From: Alphaproteobacteria bacterium
Lineage (GTDB): Bacteria > Pseudomonadota > Alphaproteobacteria > UBA7887
Length of the DNA stretch: 54,698 nucleotides
Direction: 5' to 3'
NCBI GenBank assembly: GCA_047517485.1
Contig: JAKZSU010000011.1
Coordinates: 1 to 54,698 of the forward strand
Shown here: positions 39,193-50,198 of the stretch, piece after piece
Position numbering within the stretch: position 1 is the first letter of the stretch
Layout: every line of letters begins with the position of its first letter
The notes under the pieces: model-generated
Told to the model about the DNA's origin: nothing
Database searches by the model: none
The model's input: only the letters and a program-made list of their open reading frames with translations
Position numbers and translations under genes: made by a program

Positions 39193-40478
39193 GTCCGGCC
39201 CGCCAGATAGTCGCGGGCGCGGATCTTGCCGCGCTCGACCGCCGGCTGATCGAACGGGTCGACCCCCAACAGCTCACCCGCGATCACCGTCTCGAGCATG
39301 AAATGCATCATCAGACCACCGAGGACGCGCTCGTCCAATTCGGTGATGCGCACCAGGCGCACCGGGCGCTTCTGCTCGATCAGCGTGTCCGCGGTCGCAT
39401 TTTGCTCGGCATCGTACAAATCGCCAATGGTGCGGCCCGACAAATACGCGAGGTCGGGCTCGTCGGCGACCAGGACGGGCTCGACGCGGCGCCCGGTGCC
39501 TTCGGTCTCGAGCATGATCAGGGTGAAGAATTTATCGGCGGGGCCGTCGAGATAGAGCTGCAGCTGGCTGTGTTGATCGACCGCGCCGCGCGCCTGGATC
39601 GGGGTACTCCCTTTGCCGTCCTTGCCGAGCGATTCGGCCCAGAGTTGGCGATACCACGACGCGAATGGCGCCAACCGGTCGCAATAGGGCATCATGACGG
39701 TGGCGGCGATGCCGTGGACCTCGGCAAGCCCGACCGCGACGGCGGCGCCGAGCGCGGGGGCGCAGTCGGCGGGATCGGTGGCGCTCATCGCGCGCTCCAG
39801 GACCTCGGTCGCGCCGACGCGGACCGCGGCGCCGTCGACACCGGCGAACATCGCCGGCATCAGACCGACCAGCGACAACGCGGCGTAGCGGCCGCCGAGA
39901 TCAGGGTCATGATCGACGACGGCGAGCTCCCAGCGTTGGGCGAGCCGGCGCAGCGGCGACTCGCCGGGATCGGTCACGATCATGAAGCAGGCGCGCGCCT
40001 CGTTCTCGCCGACGGCGGTCGTCACCGCGTCGTAGGCGATGAGAAACTGGGTCAAGGTCTCCGCCGTGCCGCCGGACTTCGAAATCACCAGAAACAGCGT
40101 GTGCTTATAGTCGATACCGTCGATCAGCACGCCGAAGTCGTGGGGGTCGACATTGTCGACAAAATGCAGCCAGGACCGGCTGGCCGGCGGGACCGGATGT
40201 GACTTGATCGCCGCCAGCGCCTGGCCACCGAGGCTGGAGCCGCCGGTCCCCAACACCACCAGGTCGGAGAAGGTGCGGCTCGCCTTGTCGACTAGGGCGC
40301 CGAGCATCGCGAGATCGTCGCGCCGCCGGGCGATGGCGATAAACGGCAGATTGCCGGCGCGCAAGCGGTCGAGCGCCGGCGCGGACCGGTGCAAGAGGTC
40401 GGCCAGCTGGGCGGGCGAAAGGCCGGCCGCGCCGATCGAGTCCGTCAGGCAAGCGGAAATGTCGTGCTCATAAACCAC
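39189..40478 (-). CDS. pgi: Glucose-6-phosphate isomerase
   Basis: [48 protein letters not shown]. Confidence 0.95.
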   Translation of the reverse strand: MVYEHDISACLTDSIGAAGLSPAQLADLLHRSAPALDRLRAGNLPFIAIARRRDDLAMLGALVDKASRTFSDLVVLGTGGSSLGGQALAAIKSHPVPPASRSWLHFVDNVDPHDFGVLIDGIDYKHTLFLVISKSGGTAETLTQFLIAYDAVTTAVGENEARACFMIVTDPGESPLRRLAQRWELAVVDHDPDLGGRYAALSLVGLMPAMFAGVDGAAVRVGATEVLERAMSATDPADCAPALGAAVAVGLAEVHGIAATVMMPYCDRLAPFASWYRQLWAESLGKDGKGSTPIQARGAVDQHSQLQLYLDGPADKFFTLIMLETEGTGRRVEPVLVADEPDLAYLSGRTIGDLYDAEQNATADTLIEQKRPVRLVRITELDERVLGGLMMHFMLETVIAGELLGVDPFDQPAVERGKIRARDYLAGRT

Positions 40479-40533
40479 GCTGGAGAAGCTATCAGAGCAG
40501 CATTAGTGTCGGAAGCGGCGCCGCGAAACGCCG

Positions 40534-41907
40534 CTATTCACCGGTCATTGCGCTCGGTTCGATCGACACCGGGTCGCCGACCACGACGATGGTGAACGAA
40601 TCGGGGTCGATGAGCGCACCGGCGACCCGGCTGATGTCTTCGCGGGTGATCGATTCGATCAGGCCCTGGCGGCGTTCGAGATAATCGATGCCGAGTTTGG
40701 CGATCTGCATGCCGACCAGCATGCTGGCGATCTCCGCGTTGCTGTCGAGTCGAAGCGGGAACGAGCCGGTGAGATAGGTGATCGCATCGGCGAGTTCCGC
40801 CTCGCCAACGCCGTCGTCGCGCATGCGAGCGAACTCGGCGCGAATGACTTCGATCGATTCCGCGACCCGCTCGTTCTGCGTCGCCACCCCGCCGAGATAG
40901 AGCGCGGCATGCTCACGCGGCGCGAGATAGCTGTAGACTCCGTAGGCGAGTCCGCGTTTTTCGCGCACCTCCTCGGTCAGCCGCGAGGAGAACCCGCCGC
41001 CGCCCAGGATGTGATTCATCACATAGGCGGCGTAATAGTCCGGGTCGTCGCGCATGAGACCGCGTTGGCCCCACATCACCACGCTTTGCGGCTGCGGCAT
41101 GCGCTCGACGAGCAGCGCGCCGGAAGCCTGGGGGATCGCATCGGCAATCGCGAAAGACGGACCGGTCGCGGGCAGCGCGCCGAAGGTGCGATCAAGCAAT
41201 TGTCCGAGGGTCGCGGCGTCGATATCGCCGGCGACCCCGATGATCAAGGACTCGCGTGTCATCCGGTCGCGAACGAAGCCGTGCAAATCGTCGGCGGTCA
41301 GGGCCTCGACACCGGCGATGGTGCCGCCCGGCGAGCGGCTGTAGGGGTGATCGCCGAACACCGCGCTGTGCCATAGGCGCTGGGCCACGGCATTGGGATT
41401 CTTCGCCTCGCGCTCGAGGCCGCTGATCAGCTGCGCGCGGACCCGTTCGAGCGGTGCGGCATCGAAGCGCGGCACGGTCAGGGCGAGCGCCAGCAGTTCG
41501 AAGGCGCGGTCGCGCCGCGCGGTCAAGGTTCTGAGCGTGCCGGCGAACTCGTCGAGGCCGGCGTCGAACCCGAGACCGATGGCGTTGTCCTCGATCGCCT
41601 TTTGGTAGGCCAGCGCATCCATGTCGCCGGCGCCCTCGTTGAGCATGCCCGAGACAAATTGGGCGAGGCCCTGCTTGTCATCGGGATCGAGCGCGGCGCC
41701 GCCGCGAAAGGCGAAGCGCAAGGAGAGAAACGGGATGCCGTGTTCCTCGACCAGCCAGGCCTCGATGCCGCCCGGGCTGGCCACGCGTTGGACCTCGACC
41801 GCGGCGCGCGCGGCGCTCGGATCGAAGGAGAGATAAGTGGCCGCGAGGAGCGCGAACGCCGTCGTCAGGCCGGCCGCCGAGCGGATCATCGATACCACCG
41901 TCATCAT
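40534..41907 (-). CDS. M16 (pitrilysin) family protein, non-catalytic partner
   Basis: Signal peptide; lacks HXXEH; GGGGFSSRL..EVREKRGLAY. ATGA overlap with the upstream M16 gene. Confidence 0.9.
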   Translation of the reverse strand: MMTVVSMIRSAAGLTTAFALLAATYLSFDPSAARAAVEVQRVASPGGIEAWLVEEHGIPFLSLRFAFRGGAALDPDDKQGLAQFVSGMLNEGAGDMDALAYQKAIEDNAIGLGFDAGLDEFAGTLRTLTARRDRAFELLALALTVPRFDAAPLERVRAQLISGLEREAKNPNAVAQRLWHSAVFGDHPYSRSPGGTIAGVEALTADDLHGFVRDRMTRESLIIGVAGDIDAATLGQLLDRTFGALPATGPSFAIADAIPQASGALLVERMPQPQSVVMWGQRGLMRDDPDYYAAYVMNHILGGGGFSSRLTEEVREKRGLAYGVYSYLAPREHAALYLGGVATQNERVAESIEVIRAEFARMRDDGVGEAELADAITYLTGSFPLRLDSNAEIASMLVGMQIAKLGIDYLERRQGLIESITREDISRVAGALIDPDSFTIVVVGDPVSIEPSAMTGE

Positions 41908-43271
41908 CCGGCCTCCTCCTTGGGCGGCAACAGCACTCCGGTGACCGATCCTTCGAGTAGCAGAACCGCGCGTGCCGCGGCGACCACATCGTCGGCGGTG
42001 ACCGCTTTGATGGTCTCCGGCCAGGCTTCGATCTGCGCCACCGTGGCGCCGGCGGTCATCGAAACGCCGATAATGCGCGCCATTGTCGACAGACTGTCGC
42101 GCGAATAGACCGCGAGCGACAGGATGCCGAACTTGGCGCGCCCGAGCTCCTCGTCGGTGACGCCGTCGGCGATCAGGCGCGCGATCTCGGCATCGACCGC
42201 CGCCTCGACATCGGCGAGCGCCACCCCGGGGCCGGGCCGCGCGTAAATCGTAAACCGTGTGTCGTCCCACGATGCACCGGAATAGTAAGCCCCGGCGTTG
42301 AGCGCCAACCGCTGATCGACCACCAGCGATTGGTAAAGCCGGCTGGTCGGGCCGTCGCCGAGAATGGTCGACAGCAAGGTGAGCGAGACCGCGCGGTTGC
42401 CCTCGTCGGTGCGATAACTCGGCGCGAGATAGGAGCGCATCCATTCCGCGCTCGCCACCCGCTCGTCATGCATGGTGACCCGGCGCGCGGCACGGTGCGG
42501 CGGCTCGCTCGGGCGCACCCGCTCGGGCACTGGGGTGGCGGCAATACGGCCGTAGGTCTGCTCGGCCAAAGCCTTCAACGCGTCGAGCTTGACGTCGCCG
42601 GTGACGATAAGAATTGCGTTGTTGGGGGCGTAGTGGCGACGGTAAAAGTCGAGCGCGTCGTCGTAGGTATAGGCGGCGATCTCGTGCTCCCAACCGATCG
42701 TCGGCAGGCCATAGGGATGGCTGAGGAATTGCGCCGCGGCGATTTGCTCGGTGAACTGGCCTTGCGCCCGGTTGTCGGTGCGCGATCGCCGTTCCTCGAG
42801 CACCACGTCGCGCTCGGTGAGAAAATCCTGCTCGCCGAACGACAGATCGGTCATGCGGTCGGCTTCCATCTCCATCACCAGAGCAAGGCGGTCGGCGGCG
42901 ATGTTCTGGAAATAGCCAGTGTAATCCTGGCTGGTAAACGCATTGTCGCTGCCGCCGTTGCGGGCGACGATCTTGGAAAACTCGCCGACCCCAATCTCGT
43001 CGGTGCCCTTGAACATGAGATGCTCGAGCATGTGGGCGATGCCCGATTTGCCCGGCGGCTCATCCGCCGCGCCGGTGCGATACCACACCGAATGATGGAC
43101 CACCGGCGCGCGATGGTTGGAGATCAGCACCACCTGCATGCCGTTGTCGAGGGTGAAGGTCTCGGTGCCGAAAGTGCTACCAGGCTCGGCAAGCGCGTGG
43201 CCACCGAGGGTAAATACCGACAACGTCACCAAGAGGCTTGCAACGCTGAGCGAATTCGTCTGATGAGACAT
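41904..43271 (-). CDS. M16 (pitrilysin) family zinc peptidase, catalytic subunit
   Basis: GIAHMLEHLMFKGT, NAFTS.D.T.Y, VVLEERR. Confidence 0.93.
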   Translation of the reverse strand: MSHQTNSLSVASLLVTLSVFTLGGHALAEPGSTFGTETFTLDNGMQVVLISNHRAPVVHHSVWYRTGAADEPPGKSGIAHMLEHLMFKGTDEIGVGEFSKIVARNGGSDNAFTSQDYTGYFQNIAADRLALVMEMEADRMTDLSFGEQDFLTERDVVLEERRSRTDNRAQGQFTEQIAAAQFLSHPYGLPTIGWEHEIAAYTYDDALDFYRRHYAPNNAILIVTGDVKLDALKALAEQTYGRIAATPVPERVRPSEPPHRAARRVTMHDERVASAEWMRSYLAPSYRTDEGNRAVSLTLLSTILGDGPTSRLYQSLVVDQRLALNAGAYYSGASWDDTRFTIYARPGPGVALADVEAAVDAEIARLIADGVTDEELGRAKFGILSLAVYSRDSLSTMARIIGVSMTAGATVAQIEAWPETIKAVTADDVVAAARAVLLLEGSVTGVLLPPKEEAG

Positions 43272-43384
43272 ACCGGGGGATTCCGTTGGGCCAAATACAA
43301 CAGCGGCCGCGACGCGCGGCGACGCTCAATAAAACACTATGGGTCGGTGCGTGGCGAACACAAGGGCGGGTCCGCGCGAAGCGA

Positions 43385-43975
43385 CTAGAAGATGTTCAAA
43401 TCTTCGAGCGGCGCCTTTTGCTTGCGCACGATCACCGGGGTTGCGCCGAAGGTCACCGGCCGGCCCTCGGCCACGTTTTCGTTCAGGCGCTCGGCCTCGG
43501 CGACGGGATCGATGACGGTGCCTTTCGGATCGGGGCTCTGCCAGAACATCAGATCGTCGACAAAGCCCTGATCATCGGCCGCCAGGATGCCATTCTCGCG
43601 GTTGATGATTTGACGAATGCCGGGATCGGCCTCGGTCGCGCCAACGATGTTGAGGAACGCGAGTTCGCCGGGGGTGCGTGGTTCGGCGTCGCCGCTCGAC
43701 GCGTCACTGTTGGGCCCCAAGAGAATTTCCGCCGCCTGATCGCGGACGTCCTCCTCTTGCGGGCGCGGCGCTCCGGGCGCCGGCGGCCGGAGATGAAAAT
43801 CCGGCGGCAAGGCAAGCGGCGCCTGCTCGACGACGCGATATTCGTCGGGCGGCGACTTGCCGAGCCCCAAAGACTGCTTGACGGTGTCGCTGCAGCCGGT
43901 GAGTCCAGCCAAGGCGAGGACGGCGACCGCGACCATTGCCGCGGGTGACCGTGTGAGCGTGCGATGAATCATCAT
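43385..43975 (-). CDS. DUF3035-type lipoprotein
   Basis: Lipobox LTGC; PDEYRVV...PL.LPPDF.LRPP.PG; position downstream of lspA. Confidence 0.8.
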   Translation of the reverse strand: MMIHRTLTRSPAAMVAVAVLALAGLTGCSDTVKQSLGLGKSPPDEYRVVEQAPLALPPDFHLRPPAPGAPRPQEEDVRDQAAEILLGPNSDASSGDAEPRTPGELAFLNIVGATEADPGIRQIINRENGILAADDQGFVDDLMFWQSPDPKGTVIDPVAEAERLNENVAEGRPVTFGATPVIVRKQKAPLEDLNIF

Positions 43976-44454
43976 GATTGGTCTAATTTAGTGCCTTGCC
44001 GCGTTCCAAGCAATGATGTCAGCAGCAATCCGGCCACACCGATCGAAATCGCTGAATCGGCGACATTGAACGCCGGCCAATGCCAGCCGAAGGCATGAAA
44101 GTCGAGAAAATCGAAAACCGCGCCGAATCGCAGCCGGTCGATGATGTTGCCAACCGCGCCACCGATGGTCAATCCGAGGGCGCAAGCCAGCAATCGGGTA
44201 TCGGCGCGCGCCAGCCAAACCGCGAGCACGGCGGAGACGACGAGCGCGAATCCGCTGAGCAGCCACGGCCCAATCGTCGGGTCCGACTGTAGCAGCCCAA
44301 AGCTCACCCCGCTGTTGCGGACATGAACGAGATTGAAAAAACTGGTTATCGTGATCCCGGTGCCGAGATCGGGCAACAGGTCGAGCATCACCGCCTTGGT
44401 CAGCTGGTCGAGCAAGACCGCCGCGACGGCGATGATGAGACCGAGCCGCAGCAT
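43972..44454 (-). CDS. lspA: Lipoprotein signal peptidase II
   Basis: DQLTK, N.GVSFG, GGAVGNIIDR, DFLD, PAFNVADS. Confidence 0.96.
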   Translation of the reverse strand: MLRLGLIIAVAAVLLDQLTKAVMLDLLPDLGTGITITSFFNLVHVRNSGVSFGLLQSDPTIGPWLLSGFALVVSAVLAVWLARADTRLLACALGLTIGGAVGNIIDRLRFGAVFDFLDFHAFGWHWPAFNVADSAISIGVAGLLLTSLLGTRQGTKLDQS

Positions 44455-44459
44455 AAGTC

Positions 44460-47264
44460 TTACGCCGGCACCGTGGCGCCGACTACGCTGGCGCAGCGGC
44501 CGCACACCCCGTCTTCTTCGGGCACTTCCGGCAACACGCGCCAGCACCGCTGGCATTTGCCGCCATCGGCGAGCGCCGCGACGACGCCGATCTCGGGCTC
44601 GTCGGGAAGGTTGAAAGCCGCGTCCGGCGGCACCCCCACGGTGACGGTGATCGACGAGGTGATCGCCAGTTCGGCGAGATCGATTGTATCGAGATGCGCC
44701 GCGTCGTCCGGTGTCAGATACACCGTCGGGTGGGCCTGAAGACTGGCGCCGATGCGCTTCTCGCGGCGCTCGACCTCGAGCGCGCCGGTGACCACCCGGC
44801 GGATGGCGCGCAACCGGGTCCACTTGTCCGCCAGTTTTTGGTCGCGCCAGGCCTCGGGCGGCGCGGGGAATTGGCGGAGATGAACGCTGTCGTCATCGGA
44901 GGGGTAGCGCGAGAGCCAGGCTTCCTCGGCGGTGAACGACAGGGCCGGCGCGAGCCAGGCGGTGAGCGCGTTGAACAAATTGTCGAGCACGGTGCGCGCG
45001 GCGCGCCGGCGCGCCGACTCGAGACCATCGCAATAGAGCGCGTCCTTGCGGATATCGAAGTAGAACGCGGACAGCTCGGTGGCGCAGAAATTATGCAGCG
45101 CGCCGTAAAAGCGGTGATATTCGAAATCGGCGAAACTTTCGGCGCGCAGATCCTCGAGCTCGCACAGACGATGCAGCACCCAGCGTTCGAGTTCGGGCAT
45201 GTCGGCGACGGGCCAGCGCTCGGCCTCGGAGAAATCGGCGAGATTGCCGAGAACGTATCGCAAGGTGTTGCGCAGGCGGCGGTAGGAATCGACCAGACCC
45301 TTGACGATCTCGGGGCCGATGCGGAGGTCGTCGGTATAGTCGGTCAGCGCCACCCAAAGCCTGAGGATGTCGGCGCCGTGGTCCTTGATGATTTGCTGCG
45401 GCGCGACGACGTTGCCGACCGATTTCGACATTTTCCGCCCCGCGCCGTCGAGCACGAAGCCGTGGGTGAGCACCGCGTCATAGGGCGCGCGGCCACGGGT
45501 GCCGCAGGATTCGAGCAACGAGGAATGGAACCAGCCGCGATGCTGGTCCGAGCCTTCGAGGTAGAGCGACGCCGGCCACGCCTGGGTTTCGTCGTCCTCG
45601 ATGACGAAACTGTGGGTCGAGCCCGAATCGAACCACACGTCGAGAATGTCCTGGACCTGATCGTAGTCCTCGGGGTCGCGCCCCGGGGCCAGGAACGCGG
45701 CGGGATCGGCGGTGAACCAAATGTCGGCGCCGTGCTCCTCGACTGCCGCGGCGACGCGGTCGATCACCCCCTGGTCGCGCAACGGCTCGCCGGTTTTCTT
45801 GTCGACGAAAACCGCGATCGGCACCCCCCAGGCGCGTTGCCGCGAGACGCACCAATCGGGCCGCTCCTCGACCATCGAGCGAATACGCCGGTGGCCCGAT
45901 GCCGGCACCCAGCGGGTCGCGTCGATCGCCGCCAGCGCGGTATCGCGCAAACCGTTGGTGTCCATGCTGATGAACCATTGCGGCGTATTGCGAAAAATCA
46001 CCGGCTTCTTCGAGCGCCACGAATGGGGATAGGAATGGAGATATTGTTCGGACCCGAGCAAGGTGCCATACCCGGCGAGCGCCTCGGTCACATCCGGGTT
46101 GACTTTGTAGACATGCTTGCCGGCGAACAGCGCGACGTGGTCGTAGAACTTGCCGTCGTCGGCGACGGTCGCCGGGATTTCGATGCCGTGCGCCTGGCCG
46201 AGCTCGTAATCGTCGGCACCGTGGCCCGGCGCGATGTGGACGAACCCGGAGCCTTGCTCGGTGGAAACGAAATCGCCGGCATAGAGCGGCGAGTCAATGC
46301 GGTAGTGCTCGCCAGCGAGGGGATGCCGCGCGACGCTGCCCGTGAGCGCGGACCCGGCGAGCGTGGCCAGCTTATCGACACCGCTCAGGCGACATTTATC
46401 TTTGACCGCGGCCTCCAGCTCGGTGGCGAAAACCACCTTGTCGCCGACCTTGGCGTGCGCGCCCTGGTCGACCGCGGTGACCTGGTAGACGCCATATTCG
46501 ATGCCCGCTCCGAAAGCGATCGCGCGATTGCCCGGGATGGTCCACGGCGTCGTCGTCCAGATCACGATGTCGGCGCCTTCGAGCACCGAATCGGACGCGT
46601 TGACGATCGGAAAACGGACAAATATCGCGGTCGAGGTGACATCGTGATACTCGACCTCGGCCTCGGCGAGCGCGGTTTTCTCGACCGGCGACCACATCAC
46701 CGGCTTGGCGCCCTTGTAGAGCCCGCCATTGAGCAGGAACTTGCCAAGCTCGCGGACGATCTGCGCCTCCGCCGCATACGACATGGTGAGATAGCGCCGC
46801 TGCCAATCGCCCTGCACGCCGAGGCGAATGAACTCGGTCATCTGGGTGTCGATCCACTTGTCGGCATAGGCGCGGCATTCGCGGCGAAACTGATCGACCG
46901 GCACCTCGTCCTTATCGCGTCCCTTCTTGCGATATTCCTGCTCGATCTGCCATTCGATCGGCAACCCGTGACAATCCCAGCCGGGAATGAAATGGGCGTC
47001 CTTGCCGTCCATCTGCGCCGCCCGATTGACCATGTCCTTGAGGATCTTGTTGAGCGCATGACCGATATGGATCGCCCCGTTGGCGTAGGGCGGGCCATCA
47101 TGGAGGATGAATTTTTCGCGGCCCTTCGCATCGGCGCGCAAGCGGTCCCACAGACCGATCGTCCGCCAGCGGTCGAGCATATCGGGTTCGCGCCGCGGCA
47201 AGCCGCCCTTCATTGGAAAGTCGGTGCGCGGCAAAAAGATCGTCGCTTTAAAGTCCGTCGTCAC
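44460..47264 (-). CDS. ileS: Isoleucine--tRNA ligase (IleRS1 type)
   Basis: DGPPYANG, HIGH, WTTTPWT, KMSKS, C-terminal CQRC...CGRC zinc finger. Confidence 0.98.
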   Translation of the reverse strand: MTTDFKATIFLPRTDFPMKGGLPRREPDMLDRWRTIGLWDRLRADAKGREKFILHDGPPYANGAIHIGHALNKILKDMVNRAAQMDGKDAHFIPGWDCHGLPIEWQIEQEYRKKGRDKDEVPVDQFRRECRAYADKWIDTQMTEFIRLGVQGDWQRRYLTMSYAAEAQIVRELGKFLLNGGLYKGAKPVMWSPVEKTALAEAEVEYHDVTSTAIFVRFPIVNASDSVLEGADIVIWTTTPWTIPGNRAIAFGAGIEYGVYQVTAVDQGAHAKVGDKVVFATELEAAVKDKCRLSGVDKLATLAGSALTGSVARHPLAGEHYRIDSPLYAGDFVSTEQGSGFVHIAPGHGADDYELGQAHGIEIPATVADDGKFYDHVALFAGKHVYKVNPDVTEALAGYGTLLGSEQYLHSYPHSWRSKKPVIFRNTPQWFISMDTNGLRDTALAAIDATRWVPASGHRRIRSMVEERPDWCVSRQRAWGVPIAVFVDKKTGEPLRDQGVIDRVAAAVEEHGADIWFTADPAAFLAPGRDPEDYDQVQDILDVWFDSGSTHSFVIEDDETQAWPASLYLEGSDQHRGWFHSSLLESCGTRGRAPYDAVLTHGFVLDGAGRKMSKSVGNVVAPQQIIKDHGADILRLWVALTDYTDDLRIGPEIVKGLVDSYRRLRNTLRYVLGNLADFSEAERWPVADMPELERWVLHRLCELEDLRAESFADFEYHRFYGALHNFCATELSAFYFDIRKDALYCDGLESARRRAARTVLDNLFNALTAWLAPALSFTAEEAWLSRYPSDDDSVHLRQFPAPPEAWRDQKLADKWTRLRAIRRVVTGALEVERREKRIGASLQAHPTVYLTPDDAAHLDTIDLAELAITSSITVTVGVPPDAAFNLPDEPEIGVVAALADGGKCQRCWRVLPEVPEEDGVCGRCASVVGATVPA

Positions 47265-47290
47265 CCGAGCCTCACAGGATATGCAAAGGT

Positions 47291-48268
47291 TTATTGATTG
47301 AACGCGGTGCGGCCCATGCTGCGCGGCGGAGTCGAGCCCTCTAGCATGAACCGCGCGTTATAGCAGTCCTCGTCCATTTTCTTGACCAAATCATCGACGT
47401 TGTCGAATTTTTCCTCCGGCCGGATCCAATTCACGAAGGCGACGCGGAGATATTTGCCGTAGAGATCGCCGTCGAAGTCGAAGAAATGCACTTCGAGCTT
47501 GAGCTGCGAGCCGCCGAACGTCGGTCGCACGCCGCAGCTGGCGACCGCCGGGTGCCACTCGGTTTCGTCGCCTTTGACGATGCCGGCCCACACCGCGTAA
47601 ATGCCGAACGCCGGCTCGACATGTTCGTCGAAATGGAGATTGGCGGTGGGAAAGCCCAACTCTCGCCCGCGTTTGTCGCCGTGCAGGACGCGCGCCTCGA
47701 CTTCCCACAGATGGCCGAGGATCGCCGCCGCCAGGCGCGGCTTGCCGCGCTGCAGATAAGTGCGCACCCGGGTCGAGGAATAGATTTCGCCGGCGTTGCC
47801 GATCGGCTCGACCGGGGTCACCCCGAACCCGTGGCGTTCGCCGCCGGCGCGCAAGGTTTCGAAATCGCCCATCCGCCGCTGGCCGAAGCGAAAATCGTGG
47901 CCGACGACGATGTGGCGCAAGCCCAAGCCCTTCGCCAGCACGTCGTCAACGAAGGTATCGGCGGGGATCGACGCGAAAGCGCGGGTAAACGGGATGCAGA
48001 AGAACCATTCGACACCGCATTCGCTAAACCGCCGCACTTTGGCGCGGAACGGGGTCAGGCGGTGCGGCGCACCGCCGGGCCGCAGCACCTTGACCGGATG
48101 CGGCTCGAACGACACCACGCCCAAGGGCGCGCCGGCCTGCTCGGCGATGTTCGCGGCATGACCAATGACGCCACGGTGCCCGAGATGGACGCCTTCGAAA
48201 TTGCCCAACGCGACCACCGCCCCTCGTCCCTCGGCCGGGAGTTGGGCATAATGTCGGCATATACGCAT
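47291..48268 (-). CDS. ribF: Bifunctional riboflavin kinase/FAD synthetase
   Basis: GNFEGVHLGH, SSTRVR, GRELGFPTAN, RPTF, LEVH. Confidence 0.96.
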   Translation of the reverse strand: MRICRHYAQLPAEGRGAVVALGNFEGVHLGHRGVIGHAANIAEQAGAPLGVVSFEPHPVKVLRPGGAPHRLTPFRAKVRRFSECGVEWFFCIPFTRAFASIPADTFVDDVLAKGLGLRHIVVGHDFRFGQRRMGDFETLRAGGERHGFGVTPVEPIGNAGEIYSSTRVRTYLQRGKPRLAAAILGHLWEVEARVLHGDKRGRELGFPTANLHFDEHVEPAFGIYAVWAGIVKGDETEWHPAVASCGVRPTFGGSQLKLEVHFFDFDGDLYGKYLRVAFVNWIRPEEKFDNVDDLVKKMDEDCYNARFMLEGSTPPRSMGRTAFNQ

Positions 48269-48399
48269 GGCCGGCGCATGTACCGTATATGCCGGGTGCT
48301 GGCAACCGGAGCGGGACAAATCGTCGCATTGCGAAGCGCCATGACGACAGGCCATAATCGCTCGGAAGCAAAATCATCGATTTGGGAGACGCAACGACC

Positions 48400-49167
48400 A
48401 TGGCCGAGAAAGAATTCGAAAAACGCACGGCGCTGGTGACCGGCGGCTCGCGCGGCATCGGCCGGGCGATTTGCCTGCGCCTGGCCGAGGCCGGCGCGAA
48501 AGTGGCGATCAATTATGCCGCCGACGCGGATGCCGCGCGCGAGACCCGCGAGTTGGTCCGCGCGACCGGCGCGGCAGGGCGGATCTACAAGGCCGACGTC
48601 TCCGAACGCGATCAATGCGAGGCGATGTTCGCCGAGATCAAGGACGAACTCGGCCCGATCGATCTGCTGGTCACCAATGCCGGGATCGCCAGTTTCCAGG
48701 ACAATGTCGATATTACGCCCGAGCTGTGGGACAAGATCCTCAAGGTCAATATCAACGGGACGTTTCACCCGGTATGGCTCGCCAAGGATGGCATGGCCGA
48801 GCGCGGTTTCGGCCGCATCGTCTGCATCGCCTCGGTCAATGGACTCGCCTCGTCGCGGATCCACCGCGGCCGGCTGATCGCCTATGGCACGTCGAAGTCG
48901 GCGGTGATTGGATTCTCGCGCAATTGCGCCGATGCGTTGGGGCCGGAGATCCGCGTCAATTGCGTCGCGCCGGGGTTGATCGAGACCGATATGACCAAGG
49001 ACATGACCGATGAGGTTCGCGAAAAAGTCTATGCGATGACGCCGCTCGGGCGCGCCGGCCAGCCGGCGGAGATCGCCGAGTTGGTGCATTTTCTGCTGAG
49101 CGAGAAATCGAGTTTCACCACCGGCCAGACCTATGTCGCCTCGGGCGGCCTGGTGAACCTGCCATAA
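48400..49167 (+). CDS. SDR family oxidoreductase (FabG-like)
   Basis: TGGSRGIG, NAG, YGTSK, VAPGLIETDM. Confidence 0.92.
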   Translation: MAEKEFEKRTALVTGGSRGIGRAICLRLAEAGAKVAINYAADADAARETRELVRATGAAGRIYKADVSERDQCEAMFAEIKDELGPIDLLVTNAGIASFQDNVDITPELWDKILKVNINGTFHPVWLAKDGMAERGFGRIVCIASVNGLASSRIHRGRLIAYGTSKSAVIGFSRNCADALGPEIRVNCVAPGLIETDMTKDMTDEVREKVYAMTPLGRAGQPAEIAELVHFLLSEKSSFTTGQTYVASGGLVNLP

Positions 49168-49175
49168 GACAGTCA

Positions 49176-50186
49176 ATGCTCAAAATTTCCATACTCGACC
49201 AATCGATCGCCACCGCCGGGCGGCCGCACGGCCAGGCGATCCAGGATACCCTGGCCTTGGCGCGCTATTGCGAGGCGCTGGGCTATCACCGGTTCTGGCT
49301 GTCCGAACATCACAATCACCCGACCATCCTCGGCACCGCGCCGGAAATTCTCATCGCCGCGGTCGGCGCGACCACCGAACGCATCCGGGTGGGCAGCGCC
49401 GGGGTGATGTTGCCGCACTATTCGCCGTTCAAGGTCGCCGAGCAATTCCGTGTGCTCGACGCCATCGCCCCGGGGCGCATCGACCTCGGCCTGGGCCGCG
49501 CGCCGGGCTCCGACGGGCGCACCGCGTTCGCGCTCAACCCGATGGCCAACGAGCGCCCGGCGCAGTTCCCCGCCGACGTGCGCGATCTGCAAGCATGGGT
49601 CACCGGCGGCGCGCTGCCGCCGGAGCACCCGTTCGCCAGTCTGCGCGCCTACCCGCAAGGCGACACCGCGCCCGAGCTCTGGATTCTCGGCAGTTCGAAC
49701 TATGGCGCGCAGATCGCCGCGCATTTCGGCCTGCCCTATTGCTTCGCCTGGTTCTTCACCGATGGCCGCGGCGGCATCGAAGCGCTGAAAATCTACCGCG
49801 AGACCTACCAGCCAAGCGAAGCGCATCCGGAACCGCACGCCGCGCTGTGCGTCTGGGCGTTGGCCGCCGACACCATGGAAGAAGCGCAGCATCACTTCAC
49901 CTCGCGCGCGGTGTGGCGGGTGTTTCGCGACCGCGGCCAATTCACCGCCATCGAGGCGCCGGAGACCGCCGCCGCTTACGACCTCACCGCCGCCGAGGCC
50001 GCCAATGTCGCGCGGCAACGCGAAGATGCCTTCGTCGGCACCGGCGACGGCGTCGCCGCACGAATCAAAGAGCTGGCTATCCAATGCGCGCTCCGCGAAG
50101 TCGCGATCGTCACCTGGACGTTCGACGAAGACGTGCGGCGGAAGAGTTACGCGCTGTTGGCGGCGGCGTTTGGGATGGCCACCTAA
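49176..50186 (+). CDS. Luciferase-like (LLM class) flavin-dependent oxidoreductase
   Basis: SILDQS, RFWLSEHHN, GSAGVMLPHYSP, GRIDLGLGRAPG. Confidence 0.92.
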   Translation: MLKISILDQSIATAGRPHGQAIQDTLALARYCEALGYHRFWLSEHHNHPTILGTAPEILIAAVGATTERIRVGSAGVMLPHYSPFKVAEQFRVLDAIAPGRIDLGLGRAPGSDGRTAFALNPMANERPAQFPADVRDLQAWVTGGALPPEHPFASLRAYPQGDTAPELWILGSSNYGAQIAAHFGLPYCFAWFFTDGRGGIEALKIYRETYQPSEAHPEPHAALCVWALAADTMEEAQHHFTSRAVWRVFRDRGQFTAIEAPETAAAYDLTAAEAANVARQREDAFVGTGDGVAARIKELAIQCALREVAIVTWTFDEDVRRKSYALLAAAFGMAT

Positions 50187-50198
50187 CCACCACCCCCA

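Noticed and set aside
44694-47297. 867-aa + strand ORF
   Set aside because: Antisense shadow of ileS.
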